The notes under the pieces are model-generated. The model was not told the origin of the DNA, did no database searches, and saw nothing but the letters and a program-made list of their open reading frames with translations. This document shows, one piece after another, positions 10,787 through 22,000 of a stretch of DNA of 64,000 nt. The stretch is from an uncultured delta proteobacterium. Lineage in GTDB: Bacteria > Desulfobacterota > Zymogenia > Zymogenales > Zymogenaceae. The position numbers were made by a program, and so were the translations under genes. The stretch lies in NCBI GenBank assembly GCA_963792965.1, contig CAWBYW010000035.1, positions 32,001 through 96,000 of the forward strand, written 5' to 3'. Each line of letters begins with the position of its first letter. The first letter of the stretch is position 1.

Positions 10787-11403
10787 CCCCCGTCCGTGTG
10801 AAGGTATGCGGTATCACCAATCCCGCCGACGCGCTGGCCGCCGTGAGCATGGGCGCCGACGCCCTCGGCTTTGTCTTTTTTCCGAAGAGCCCCCGGTACG
10901 TGAGCCCCGAATGCGCGCGGGCGATCATTCAACAACTCCCCCCCTTCGTCGCCCGGGTCGGGGTATTCGTAAACGCGAGCATCGAGGCCGTCGAAAAGAC
11001 CGTATGGGACGTGGGCCTTTCCGCTGTACAGCTGTCCGGTGATGAGCCGGTGGATTTCCTGCGTAACGCCCCCTTTTCCGTTATACGGGCGGTTCGCGTC
11101 AGGGATCGGGAAAGCCTCGAAGCGATGAGGGCATACCCTCCCGGCACCGCTATTGTGCTGGACTCGTTTCATCGGGATTTTTTCGGCGGCACCGGCACGA
11201 CGTTTGACTGGAGCCTCGGACACGTCGACTCCGAGATCTACCGCGTCATCATCGCCGGCGGCCTGACGCCCCAAAATGTGAAAAGCGCGGTCGATAGGTT
11301 CCGGCCCTTCGGGGTCGACGTCGCATCAGGCGTCGAAGAGCGACCGGGGATCAAGGATTACGATAAGATGCGGCGCTTTATTGAGATAGTCAGAAACCTT
11401 TGA
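10783..11403 (+). CDS. trpF: Phosphoribosylanthranilate isomerase
   Basis: VKVCGIT, SPRYV, GGTGTTFDW, IAGGLTPQNV, GVDVASGVE. Confidence 0.96.
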   Translation: MTPVRVKVCGITNPADALAAVSMGADALGFVFFPKSPRYVSPECARAIIQQLPPFVARVGVFVNASIEAVEKTVWDVGLSAVQLSGDEPVDFLRNAPFSVIRAVRVRDRESLEAMRAYPPGTAIVLDSFHRDFFGGTGTTFDWSLGHVDSEIYRVIIAGGLTPQNVKSAVDRFRPFGVDVASGVEERPGIKDYDKMRRFIEIVRNL

Positions 11404-11415
11404 ACGGAGTGAAAC

Positions 11416-12615
11416 ATGGATAACTATCCCGACGCCCACGGTCATTTCGGGCAATACGGCGGGAGGTACGTCGCCGAGACGTTGATGCCCGCCCTCATCG
11501 AGCTTTCGGAATCATACGAGAGACAGAAAGATGAGCTCGGGCTCTTCCCGGAGGTACAATTCTACCTGGAGCATTACGCGGGCAGGCCCACACCCCTCAC
11601 CTTTGCCCGCCGTCTCACGGAGCACCTGGGCGGCGCGCAGATATGGCTCAAGCGCGAGGATCTCTGCCATACCGGAGCCCATAAAATCAACAACACCATC
11701 GGACAGGCGATCCTCGCCCGACGGATGGGCAAAAAACGGGTCATCGCCGAAACGGGGGCCGGCCAGCACGGGGTCGCCACGGCGACGGTGGCGGCACTCT
11801 TCGGATTTGAGTGCGAGATCTTCATGGGGACTACCGACATACGGCGACAGTCGCTCAATGTCTTTCGAATGAAGCTGTTGGGCGCCGCCGTCAGGCCCGT
11901 TGAGGCGGGCTCGGCGACCCTGAAGGACGCCATGAACGAGGCGATGCGCGACTGGATCGCGCGCGTCCGCGATACCTTTTACGTGATCGGGACCGTTGCG
12001 GGGCCGCACCCCTACCCGATGATGGTGAGGGACTTCCAGTCGGTAATCGGTCGCGAGGCCAAGGATCAGATACGGAAGGCCGCCGGCAGACTGCCCGATC
12101 TCCTGGTGGCGTGTGTCGGCGGGGGATCCAACGCGATGGGGCTCTTCTACCCCTTTTTGAATGACACCGCGGTGCGCATGGTCGGCGTCGAGGCCGCGGG
12201 CGAGGGTCTTGGAACGACGCGGCACGCTGCGTCGATCTCAGGCGGGAGCGTTGGTGTCCTGCACGGCGCAAAATCGTACATTCTCCAGGATCGGCACGGC
12301 CAGATCACCGAGACTCACTCCATCTCCGCGGGCCTTGATTATCCCGGCGTCGGGCCCGAGCACAGCCTCCTTGCCGATATCGGGAGGGTCTCCTATGCCG
12401 CCGTGGACGATGAGGCGGCGCTCGAGGCCTTTCATACCCTCACCCGGCTCGAGGGGATCATGCCGGCGCTTGAGAGCGCGCATGCCGTTGCCTACGCGAT
12501 TCAGACCGCGCCGGAGATGGATAAAGACACCGTTATCATTATCAACCTGTCGGGACGAGGCGACAAAGATGTCAACACCGTCGCCGATCGAATGGGAGAC
12601 ATGCTCCATGGGTAG
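11416..12615 (+). CDS. trpB: Tryptophan synthase beta chain
   Basis: [57 protein letters not shown]. Confidence 0.98.
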   Translation: MDNYPDAHGHFGQYGGRYVAETLMPALIELSESYERQKDELGLFPEVQFYLEHYAGRPTPLTFARRLTEHLGGAQIWLKREDLCHTGAHKINNTIGQAILARRMGKKRVIAETGAGQHGVATATVAALFGFECEIFMGTTDIRRQSLNVFRMKLLGAAVRPVEAGSATLKDAMNEAMRDWIARVRDTFYVIGTVAGPHPYPMMVRDFQSVIGREAKDQIRKAAGRLPDLLVACVGGGSNAMGLFYPFLNDTAVRMVGVEAAGEGLGTTRHAASISGGSVGVLHGAKSYILQDRHGQITETHSISAGLDYPGVGPEHSLLADIGRVSYAAVDDEAALEAFHTLTRLEGIMPALESAHAVAYAIQTAPEMDKDTVIIINLSGRGDKDVNTVADRMGDMLHG

Positions 12616-13408
12616 TATCAAAGAGACATTCTTAGCCCTCAGATCAACGGGTCGCAAGGCGCTGATCCCCTACATCACGGCCGGAGACCCGAGCCTGTCG
12701 GTCACGGCCGAGCTCCTCGGCACCCTCACGGAGGCGGACGCCGACCTGATTGAGATCGGCGTGCCCTTTTCGGACCCTATGGCGGACGGCCCGACGATCC
12801 AGCGGGCCTCATCGCGCTCACTCGGAGGCGGAGCGACGCTCACCGGCATCCTGGACTTGATCGGAGACATCAGGTCTAAGACGCATGTCCCGCTGGTCCT
12901 CTTCGGGTATTTCAACCCGATCCTGCGGTTCGGCCTTGAGCGATTCGCCTCACGCGCGGCCGAAGTTGGGATTGACGGGCTCCTGATCGTCGACCTTCCG
13001 CCCGAGGAGGCCCACGAGATCAGACGGCACACTGACCCCCTGGGGATCGACTTTATCACCCTCGTCTCGCCGGTGAGCGGCAGCCGAAGGCTCCAGCGGA
13101 TCGTGGCCGACGCGTCGGGTTTTCTCTATTATATCTCGGTGACCGGCGTGACGGGGACACGCACCGACCTGCCGCCCGACGTCAAGGGGCATATCGATCG
13201 CATCAGACGGATGACCGATCTTCCCGTCGTGGTGGGCTTCGGAATATCGACTCCCCACATCGCCCGACAGGCGGCCGCCGTCGCGGACGGAGTGGTAGTG
13301 GGAAGCGCGCTCGTGGAGATTATAGAACGATGGGGATGCGACCAAGAAAGACTGCTGAGAGAGGTTCACTCGTTCATCAGCTCACTGAAGATTTCCCTGA
13401 AGCCGTAA
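12608..13408 (+). CDS. trpA: Tryptophan synthase alpha chain
   Basis: [45 protein letters not shown]. Confidence 0.97.
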   Translation: MGSIKETFLALRSTGRKALIPYITAGDPSLSVTAELLGTLTEADADLIEIGVPFSDPMADGPTIQRASSRSLGGGATLTGILDLIGDIRSKTHVPLVLFGYFNPILRFGLERFASRAAEVGIDGLLIVDLPPEEAHEIRRHTDPLGIDFITLVSPVSGSRRLQRIVADASGFLYYISVTGVTGTRTDLPPDVKGHIDRIRRMTDLPVVVGFGISTPHIARQAAAVADGVVVGSALVEIIERWGCDQERLLREVHSFISSLKISLKP

Positions 13409-13870
13409 GGGACCGACCATATCCCGTGCACGAAGGGGCACCCTATCAGCCATGAGGCGCCGGCCGATTACGCAAAATCTCGGACGCGCCCGAAAGGACC
13501 ACCGCCCCCGGGCCACTGAAAGAATAAGGGCGGTCGGGCTGCCGACCGCGTGAAGTCTTGTATCATGGACAAGACCCCCTCCCGGCGGCGGAAAGGCCGC
13601 CCTCGGGAGGGGGACTCGGAGTCTTCCGGGTCGTCCACCCGAAAGCTGCGCCGCCCTGTGCCTCCCGCGACGGGAGCGATTCCCCCGAGCCATCTATTCC
13701 TCCGAAAGAGCCGGAACACGGATCGGCCTCAAGATCATTCCAGCCGGCAGATTCAACGATCATATCTCTTGGGCTAAACCCCCCTTAATTAGCCCCCCTT
13801 TACATAATAGAGCCGTTTGAAATAGAGTAATATTTAGTTAATCATATGAATAATTTATGAGGAGCAGCAA

Positions 13871-14560
13871 ATGGGTAATCTAAGGGTCGTTTCGTGTCCC
13901 CCTCAATTTGAGGACGCCTTTTGCTCCATGCAGGACAGGATGAGCACCTTTTTTTCCGATATCAAAATGATACCCGAAGAGGGAAGGATAGAAATCGGCG
14001 GGATGAGGTTCAGGTTCGCCCAGAGCAAAGGGCTGGCCACCGCGTTTCGTGATACCCTCACCGACATCTACGGCGAAAAAGGCGCGGAGCAGATTCTCTA
14101 TAAGCTGGGCCGGTCGCTGGGCGCGATTGAGGCAAAAACGTTCCATAAGAGCTTTGGCCTTGATGATCCGATGGAGAAGCTTGCGGCGGGGCCGGTCTAT
14201 TTCGCTTATACCGGCTGGGCTTTCGTAGAGATTCTGCCTTCGAGCGCGCCCAGGCCCGATGAGGATTATCTCTTAACGTATAACCACCCGAATTCTTTTG
14301 AAGCGGATGCCTTTGTTCTCGAAAACAAACGGGCCACCCACCCGATCTGCTGGATCAACTCGGGTTATTCCTCGGGATGGTGCTCCGTCAGTTTCGGCAT
14401 TCCGCTGGAGGCCAGGGAGGTCACGTGTGTGGGGATGGGAGACCCTCACTGCACGTTTATCATGACCCACAGGACCAAGATACTGGAAAGAGTCGAAAGG
14501 TTCAAGGTGCTCTTGAAAACCAAGAAACCCGAGGAAGTGACCACGGAAGACTTGCTCTGA
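13871..14560 (+). CDS. Stand-alone XylR N-terminal/V4R ligand-sensing domain protein
   Basis: PEEGRIEIGGMRF, KLAAGPVYFAYTGWAFVEI, NSFEA, PICWINSGYSSGWCS, REVTCVGMGDPHCTF. Matches the XylR/DmpR A-domain pattern; no AAA+ or HTH domain. Confidence 0.8.
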   Translation: MGNLRVVSCPPQFEDAFCSMQDRMSTFFSDIKMIPEEGRIEIGGMRFRFAQSKGLATAFRDTLTDIYGEKGAEQILYKLGRSLGAIEAKTFHKSFGLDDPMEKLAAGPVYFAYTGWAFVEILPSSAPRPDEDYLLTYNHPNSFEADAFVLENKRATHPICWINSGYSSGWCSVSFGIPLEAREVTCVGMGDPHCTFIMTHRTKILERVERFKVLLKTKKPEEVTTEDLL

Positions 14561-14849
14561 TTTCCCCGCATCGCAATAGTTTCCTTCCGCGCTCGACGGC
14601 GTGTCCCTTTCTTGCCGGATAAAGGACACGCCGCCGCCGTCGAAGGACGGCCCTGCCCGAGGCCCACCGAGCGGCGGCAGCCCATCTTCGACCCATCCTC
14701 GTCCCCCCTCTGTACGTAAGACCCGGATAAAAAGGCGGGCCCCCCTCACCTTACTTTTGAATGGAATTTATCATGGTTTTGGTATAGAATTATACAATAT
14801 GCATTATTGAGGACATCGAGCACCTTGAACACACTGACTGGGGTTATGC

Positions 14850-17800
14850 ATGAGAAGGGTTTTGATCGTCGATGATTCCGAGCTTATCCTCGCACAGCTT
14901 GAGGATATCCTCGCGTCATTTGGATATGAGGCGGCAGGAAAAGCTTCTTCCGGAGCGGAAGCTATTCTAAAGGCAAGAAAGCTCCACCCCGACGTGGCCG
15001 TAATGGACATCGTCATGCCGGGTAAAATGGACGGCATCGAGGCCGCGCGGCTGATCCGGGAAGAGCTGGATATTCCGGTCATCCTGCTGACGGGGCATGA
15101 GGATGAAAGGCTGATAGAGACGGCCAGAGACGCCGGTGTCGAGGGCTATCTCCTCAAGCCGGTAAAGCCCGGTGAGCTGAAGGCGGCCATCGAGATCGCC
15201 CTCCAGAGAAAGAGAACGGAAAAGGAGCTCAAGGACCTCAGTCGGGATCTCATCGAGAACACCAATGATCTCATCTACGCCCTGGATGGAAAGGGAAATA
15301 TCAGATATATTAACAATATGGTCAGCCGAAAGCTCGGCTACGCGCACGACGACATCGTTGGAAAGACTTTTGCCGATTTCGCGACACCCGAATCGTTTAA
15401 GCGCGGCGCCGAAATCTTCAAGAGGCAGCTGAAGCACGAAGACGTGGGGGCCTTTGAGCTCGAGCTCAAAGATCGTGACGGCAACACCAGGATCATAGAG
15501 ACCCGCGAGCGTCTGGTCTGGAAGGGCGGAAGGGTCGTAGCGGTACACGGTATCGGCAGGGACGTGACCGAGCGGAGACGCGCGGAAGATTCCCTCAGAG
15601 ATTCAGAGCAGAAATACCGGGAGCTGGTCGAGGACATCGACGATGTCCTCTACGTGACGGACGGCACGGGGAAAATAAAGTACCTTAACAAGGCGTTTGA
15701 GAATGTCTCCGGCTACTCCCGGGAAGAGTTACTGAACAGAAACTATATTGAGCTGTTGACCCCCGATTCCCTCGAAAAGATCAGCGCTATTTTCAAGAGG
15801 CAGCTTGCAGGCGAGGACGTCGGCATTTTCGAGGTTAACTTCCGCGATAAGTACGGTCAAACGAAGACCATACAAACGCGGGAAAAGTTCGTATGGAAAG
15901 ATGGGAAGGTGGTCGAGTCGCACGGCATCGGGAGGGACGTCACTAAAGACAGAAAGGCGGAAAGCGCTCTGCGCGAGTCCGAAGAAAAATACCGTATTCT
16001 CCTGGAAAACGCCAAGGAAGCTATCGTCGTGATTCAGGATGAGGTCTTTAAGTATGCAAATCCCAAGGCCCGGGAAATCACCGGGTATGCTCATGATGAA
16101 TTGATGTCGAAACCCTTCTTGGAGGTAGTCCACCCGGATGATCGAGAAGAGATTCTTTCCCGATATTTACGAGAAGTGGCAGGGGAAAATCTCCTTGACG
16201 CGAATCCCTATCGGATCGTCGGCAAAGATACGAGCATCCGGTGGGTCGAAGGAATCGGCCTCGCCATTACCTGGGAGGGGAGACCCGCTTCTCTGAGTTT
16301 CGTGACCGACGTCTCTGAACGGAAGCGGACCGAGGAGGAGCTGCGCAGGAGCGAAGAACGGTATCGTACGCTCTTTGAAAACGCCCCGATAGGTATCTTT
16401 CATACGTCGCCGGAGGGGGCCTTTATAAGGGCGAACCCGGCCCTTGCGCACATGCTCGGCTACGACTCTCCCGACGAATTGATTTCGTCCGTCAACGACA
16501 TCGCGGCCCAGCTCTACGTCGATCCGAACAGACGATCCGAAGTGGTTATGAACGCCCTGGAGAAGGACGGCTGGGTATACCATGAAAGTCAATACAGACG
16601 CAAAGACGGCAAGATAATCTGGGGCAAGCTGTCATTGCGCCCGGTGTATAGGCAGGACGGGACGATCGATTACTTTGAGGGTTTTGGAGATGATATAACC
16701 GAGCGAAGAAACACCGAAAAACTCCTTGAGGTTCAAAAGGAGATCGGCACATTCCTGAGCGACGCGGACTCTCTGGTCGTCTCGCTCCAGGGGGTGCTGG
16801 ATCGTATCCTTCAGATAGAAGAGGTTGACAGCGGAGGCGTCTATCTGGCAAACCCAGCCGCCGACGAGCTGGACCTGATCGTTCACCGGGGGCTGTCGGA
16901 GGATTTTGTCAACGCGGTCTCGCATATCGGTGACGATTACCCCCTTTACGGATCCATAAAGGAAGGAAGAAGAAGCTATTTGACGGACGAGGATATCAGG
17001 AAGAATCCTCTCGGCGATCCTGAGAAAGAGGGATTGCGTGCGATAGTGAGCATCCCTATCATCCATAAGGGAGAGCTCGTCGCGGTTTTCAACCTGGCGT
17101 CTCATACCAACGGCGGCTTCTCACCGAATATCCAAAATACCCTTGGGATAATCGCGGAGCGTCTCGGAGGCGTGATCGTCAGAATCAGGACTCAGCAGCA
17201 GCTCCGGGAATCCGAGGGAAAATGGCGAAACCTGTTTGAATCGTCACGGGACGTCATCTATCTCTCCACAGTGCAGGGGCGGTTTACCGACATAAACCCG
17301 GCCGGGGAGCAGGTCTTCGGCTATTCGACGGGCGAGCTGCTGCGATTGGACCTGATAGAACTGTATCTGGAGCCACAGGACAGGGAAAAATTCCAGAAGG
17401 TAATAAGAACCGGCGGATTTGTGAAAGATTACGAGACTTCATTCAGGAAAAAGGACGGATCCGTTATCGACTGTCTCCTGACCTCGAACGTGAGAAAGGA
17501 TACCACCGGCACGATCATCGGATACCAGGGTATCATCAGAGACATAACAGACAAGAAGAGGATGGAACAGCAGCTGCTGCAGACGGAAAAGCTCTCGAGC
17601 ATGGGGACAATGATCTCGGGCGTCGCCCATGAGCTGAACAATCCCCTCGCGGCGGTCATGGGCAACGCCGAGCTCCTCAAACGAAGAAAGAACCTTCCCG
17701 ATGACGTCCTGACCAAGTTGGACGTGATTCATAAAGAATCAAAGAGGGCCTCGAAGATCGTCGGCGGCCTTTTGGCCTTCGCCCGGGAGCATAGGCCGGA

Positions 17801-18684
17801 ACGAAAGATGATCAATGTCAATGATATTATCTCCGAGTCCGTCAGGCTCAGGGAGTACGATCTGAAGGTGAGCGATATCGCCGTAAGACTTTCGCTATCC
17901 GAATGACATCCCCAAGACATCCGCCGACCCGTACCAGCTCCAGCAGGTGTTCGTCAACATCATCAACAACGCCCACGACGCGCTCACAGAAAAGGGAGGC
18001 GGGGCACTGTCCGTCAGGTCCGTCCGGCAAAACGGCGTAATAGCAATAGAGTTTGCCGACGACGGGCCGGGAATCGCGCGGGAAAATATCAAGAAGGTAT
18101 TCGATCCGTTTTTTACGACAAAAGAGGTAGGAAAAGGGACGGGCCTCGGCCTGAGCATGGCGTACGGCATTATCAAAGAGCACGGCGGCATGATAGAGGC
18201 CGAGAGCGTGCCGGGTAAGGGGGCCAGATTTATTGTGAAGCTCCCGATTATCATTGGGAGCCAGGAAAAGCTGGAAAAGAGAGACCGGCAAGCGGAAAGA
18301 GTCTCCGCCGGAGAATCCAAGGCCATCCTGGTGATCGAGGACGAGCAGGCATTGCGTGAGATGATCGCTGAGGCGTTATCCGAAAGCGGGTATCTCGTGG
18401 ACGCCGTTTCAAACGGGGAGGACGCGATCGACTGGATCGGTAAAAGGAGATACGACGCAGTCATCTCCGATATAAAGATGCCGGGCATAAGCGGGAAAGA
18501 GATATACACGTACGTCCAGAAGAACCACCCCGACCTGGCCGACAGAATCCTCTTCATCACGGGCGACGTGCTCAGCAGGGATACGCAGACTTTCATAAAG
18601 ATCACGAGAAACAAATTTATCGAAAAGCCCTTCGGAATCGAAAAACTCTTGCACATCCTGGGCGAAGTATTGGCCGACCACTGA
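14850..18684 (+). CDS. Hybrid sensor kinase (REC-multiple PAS-GAF-PAS-HisKA-HATPase-REC), frameshifted at ~17902
   Basis: N-terminal receiver, repeated PAS domains ending RDVTE, GAF, H-box GVAHELNNPL. Removing one A in 'gaatgac' joins it to ORF 17947..18684 (N, G1, F and G2 boxes, C-terminal receiver). Confidence 0.88.
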
Positions 18685-19006
18685 TCACCTCTCTCGAGAG
18701 TCATGCCGGATCTTCATATATCAACGCTCACGCGCGTCTTCGCACTTTCCGCCCTTGTGGCTACACTTCCAGTGAAACGTAGCAGACGCCGCAAAACCTC
18801 TGCACAAAGACATAAATTAGGATGATTCCTGAGCTATCCTCACTCTGAGACGAAGAGATCCTTCCTCGCGTCATCCGACCGTGGGGTGGAGACGAGAACT
18901 TCCCGCTTTCCACAGCGGTCCGGGTTGAAACGATATCCCCCTCTCGGCAAATCGACGTAAAAATCGCTGAGAACGAAGAAATTTCCTTGACAAAGCCGTG
19001 CGGTTA

Positions 19007-19028
19007 TTATATCAATCGATTGATATAA
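19007..19028. promoter_or_regulatory. Perfect 22-bp palindrome TTATATCAATCGATTGATATAA, probable repressor operator
   Basis: Exact inverted repeat overlapping the -10 region of a TTGACA (18987) promoter upstream of the 19144-25541 operon. Confidence 0.75.
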
Positions 19029-19143
19029 CTTCTCACGACACAATTCCGCCTCTTCGGATACCGGACATCCTGTACGTATCCGGCGCAGTCAGCTTAGCGG
19101 TTCTCCGGATGGTCAAGATGCCGAGAAGAAGGGAGAAGCTTTC

Positions 19144-20463
19144 ATGAGGCTATCCAAAGTCCAGAGCGTTGAAAAGGCCACGGCCATGCAAAGACTACGG
19201 GCGCTTGAAGACGAGATGAAAAAGTGTTTTCGGTGCTCTCTGTGCAAAATGGTCCCGCTTCCCGTCATCGTCGACCCCCGTTACGCGGAGGGCTGTCCGG
19301 CCAACCGCGAATATCATGTCCACGGGTATTCGGGATCCGGCAAGAGCATTATGGCCCTGAGCCTGTTGGAAGGCCGCATCACGGCCGATAAGACGCTGGC
19401 CGACATCACCTACGCCTGCACTCTGTGCGGCCTGTGCGATGTCTCGTGTAAATTCATCATGGACGCCGAGCGCCAGGCCATAAACATCGCCCTCAGGGAA
19501 CACCTCGTGGACCAGGGGCTGAGCCTTCCGGCCCACCGAAAAATGATCGAGCGACTGAGACGCGAAAAGAAGTCGCGGGAGGTCCAGGAGTGGGCGCGCG
19601 CATCGGGCCTTAAGACGCTCCCGGACCAAAAGGCCGATGTCCTGTTGCTGCCCGGCACATGGCATCAAACGGACACGGAAGATTTAGAAGTCGCCAAGAA
19701 GATGGCCCACCTCCTCCTCGGCGCGGGGGTGGATGTCGGCATCCTCCGTCCGGCTGTACAGGATACGGGCCTCTTTGCCTATTGGACCGGTCATCGGGAC
19801 CTGTTCACCGAAACGGCACAGGGACTCGCCTCGCTCATAGACGGTCTGGGCGTCCGTGCCGTCGTCGCCGTCTCCGGCGCGGACCTGGGTGTGCTTCGGG
19901 CAAAATACCCTGAGTACGGTGTCGTAATGAAGACCGAGGTATTCCATGCTACGGAGTTCTTGGAGCGTCTGATCGCCAAGGGAAAGCTGCGGCTGACGGG
20001 GTCCGTCCGGAAAAAGGTGACCTATCATGACCCGTGCTACCTCGGCCGCCAGAGCGAGCCTCCCCACCAATGGGAGGGGGAGTACCGGATGACGCATGGA
20101 TGCATGACCTATTACCACCCCCCCAAGCCGATTAATCGGGGAGTCAACGGGGTCTTCGACCCGCCGCGGAAGATTCTCGAGTCGATCCGTGGGCTCGACT
20201 TTGTCGAGATGCATCGCATCCGCGAGTACTCCTTTTGTTGCGGCGGCGGGGGCGGGGTGCCCGAGGCATACCCGCGGCTTGCCGCCGGCACGGCGCTGCA
20301 CCGGATCGACGAGGCCCGCTCCGTGGGGGCGCAATCGATCGTTACGGCGTGTCTGCAATGCAGGCGCACCTTGTCCGCCCCGCACGGCTCGACCGCCGAG
20401 GGGTCGCTGCCGGTCATGGACATTATCGATCTCGTCTATGAAGCCGCCGATATCAGGAAGTGA
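19144..20463 (+). CDS. HdrD/GlpC/GlcF-like Fe-S oxidoreductase subunit (4Fe-4S dicluster plus CCG domain)
   Basis: CFRCSLC...CP, CTLCGLCDVSC, YHDPCYLGR, CCGGGGG, TACLQC; the first CCG domain is degenerate. Confidence 0.85.
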   Translation: MRLSKVQSVEKATAMQRLRALEDEMKKCFRCSLCKMVPLPVIVDPRYAEGCPANREYHVHGYSGSGKSIMALSLLEGRITADKTLADITYACTLCGLCDVSCKFIMDAERQAINIALREHLVDQGLSLPAHRKMIERLRREKKSREVQEWARASGLKTLPDQKADVLLLPGTWHQTDTEDLEVAKKMAHLLLGAGVDVGILRPAVQDTGLFAYWTGHRDLFTETAQGLASLIDGLGVRAVVAVSGADLGVLRAKYPEYGVVMKTEVFHATEFLERLIAKGKLRLTGSVRKKVTYHDPCYLGRQSEPPHQWEGEYRMTHGCMTYYHPPKPINRGVNGVFDPPRKILESIRGLDFVEMHRIREYSFCCGGGGGVPEAYPRLAAGTALHRIDEARSVGAQSIVTACLQCRRTLSAPHGSTAEGSLPVMDIIDLVYEAADIRK

Positions 20464-20472
20464 GGCACAACC

Positions 20473-21945
20473 ATGGAACCGAAGATAGACGAACGGCTCA
20501 GATCCATCCTGCCCGACCAGTGCATCAGCGCCGACGCTCACGAGACGGGTACGTCGCTGACCGATAATCCCGTGGTCGACGTTGGAATACCGCCGAGCCG
20601 GATCGTCCGGCCGCAAAACGCAGACGAGCTGAAAAACGTCGTCGAGCTTTCCAACAAAGAACGTCTCAATTTGACGCTCACGTCTTCCACCGGCAGACAC
20701 ACGAAAGGAGGGATCGCGGCACAGCACGAGAGCATCCTCATCGACCTGTCGTCATGGAAGGGACTCGAATGGACCGACCGTCGAAATCGCGTCTGTATGA
20801 TCCAGCCGGGGGTTACGTACGGCGAGCTGTCGGAGGCCCTCGGCAGACACGGCATGGTCGTGCCCATGCCACTTTCCCCCCGAAATGGTAAAAGCGTCAT
20901 TGCGTCGGTGACGGACCGGGAACCCTCAAGTTGGCCCAACAGGCAGTGGGACTTCGGCGATCCCGTCGCAAGCACCGAGGTCATCTTCGGAAACGGCTCG
21001 CCGTTTCGGACCGGGGCGGCGGGCGGCCCCGGCACGCTTGAGATGCAGCGGAAAGCCGGCGGTGCCCAAAAATATTCGGGGGGACCATCCCAGACGGACC
21101 TCCACCGTGTGGTGCAGGGCTCCCAGGGGACCATCGGCGTCATCACGTGGATCACCATCCGCACGGAAATAAAGCCCACGATAAACAAACCGTTCCTCCT
21201 CGGTGCCGAGAGCCTCGACGCCCTGATACCGTTCATTTATGAGATTGGCCGCCCCGGCCTCGGGGAAGAGATCTTCGTGCTGAATCGCCGGGCACTCACC
21301 ATGCTCATCGGAAAAGCAAACGGGGGCTCGCCACGGGACCCCTCCGGCGCCCTCCCCCCATACGTCTGCCTGGTAAATATCGCCGGATTTGAGCGCCTTG
21401 CCCGGGAGCGGGTTCGATATCAGGAACACGATATCCGTAAAATCTCCGATCGATGCGGGTTATCGCTCGCACACGCCGTCGGCCCGGTTTCGGCCGAGGA
21501 GCTCTTGGACACGGCGACCAAACCGTGCGGGGAGATCGACTGGAGACATAAAGCGGCCGGACACTGCCTCTCCGTCTTTTTCCTGTCCACGCTCGATCGA
21601 ACGCCGGCGCTAACCGAGGTCTTCATCAAAACGGCGATCAGACATAAGCTGGACCCCAAAAACGTCGGCGTTTATGTCCAGCCCATCGTGCAGCATCATG
21701 CGTGCCACGTCGAATTCATGTTCCCGTTTGACCCCGAGCGGAAAAAGGATTCGGACCGCGTCCGCTCCTTCGAAGAGGAAGTCGTCATAAAGCTGGCCGG
21801 CGACGGCGCCTTTTTCAGCAGGCCCTACGGCGCCGCCCAAGGAGTCGTATTCCAGCAAAACCCGATCCATCACCGGCTGCTCAAACAGGTAAAAGAGATC
21901 TTTGATCCCCATCGAGTGCTCAACAGGGGGAAGTGGGACCTGTGA
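20473..21945 (+). CDS. FAD-binding oxidoreductase (VAO/PCMH/GlcD superfamily)
   Basis: IVRPQNADEL, ILIDLS, IQPGVTYGEL, GSQGTIGVITW, C-terminal KEIFDPHRVLNRGK. Confidence 0.85.
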   Translation: MEPKIDERLRSILPDQCISADAHETGTSLTDNPVVDVGIPPSRIVRPQNADELKNVVELSNKERLNLTLTSSTGRHTKGGIAAQHESILIDLSSWKGLEWTDRRNRVCMIQPGVTYGELSEALGRHGMVVPMPLSPRNGKSVIASVTDREPSSWPNRQWDFGDPVASTEVIFGNGSPFRTGAAGGPGTLEMQRKAGGAQKYSGGPSQTDLHRVVQGSQGTIGVITWITIRTEIKPTINKPFLLGAESLDALIPFIYEIGRPGLGEEIFVLNRRALTMLIGKANGGSPRDPSGALPPYVCLVNIAGFERLARERVRYQEHDIRKISDRCGLSLAHAVGPVSAEELLDTATKPCGEIDWRHKAAGHCLSVFFLSTLDRTPALTEVFIKTAIRHKLDPKNVGVYVQPIVQHHACHVEFMFPFDPERKKDSDRVRSFEEEVVIKLAGDGAFFSRPYGAAQGVVFQQNPIHHRLLKQVKEIFDPHRVLNRGKWDL

Positions 21946-22000
21946 TCGGCCCCGATAGACGAGCGGGGGTTGCTGACGTTCAAGAAAAAGGGAGTCTTCG

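Noticed and set aside
14593-14643. Long hairpin after the XylR_N/V4R gene as an ncRNA
   Set aside because: A single inverted repeat just past a stop codon; a terminator or stabilising hairpin is sufficient explanation.
17904-17906. TGA read-through or selenocysteine in the hybrid kinase
   Set aside because: The downstream domain is in a different frame; a 1-nt insertion explains the break.
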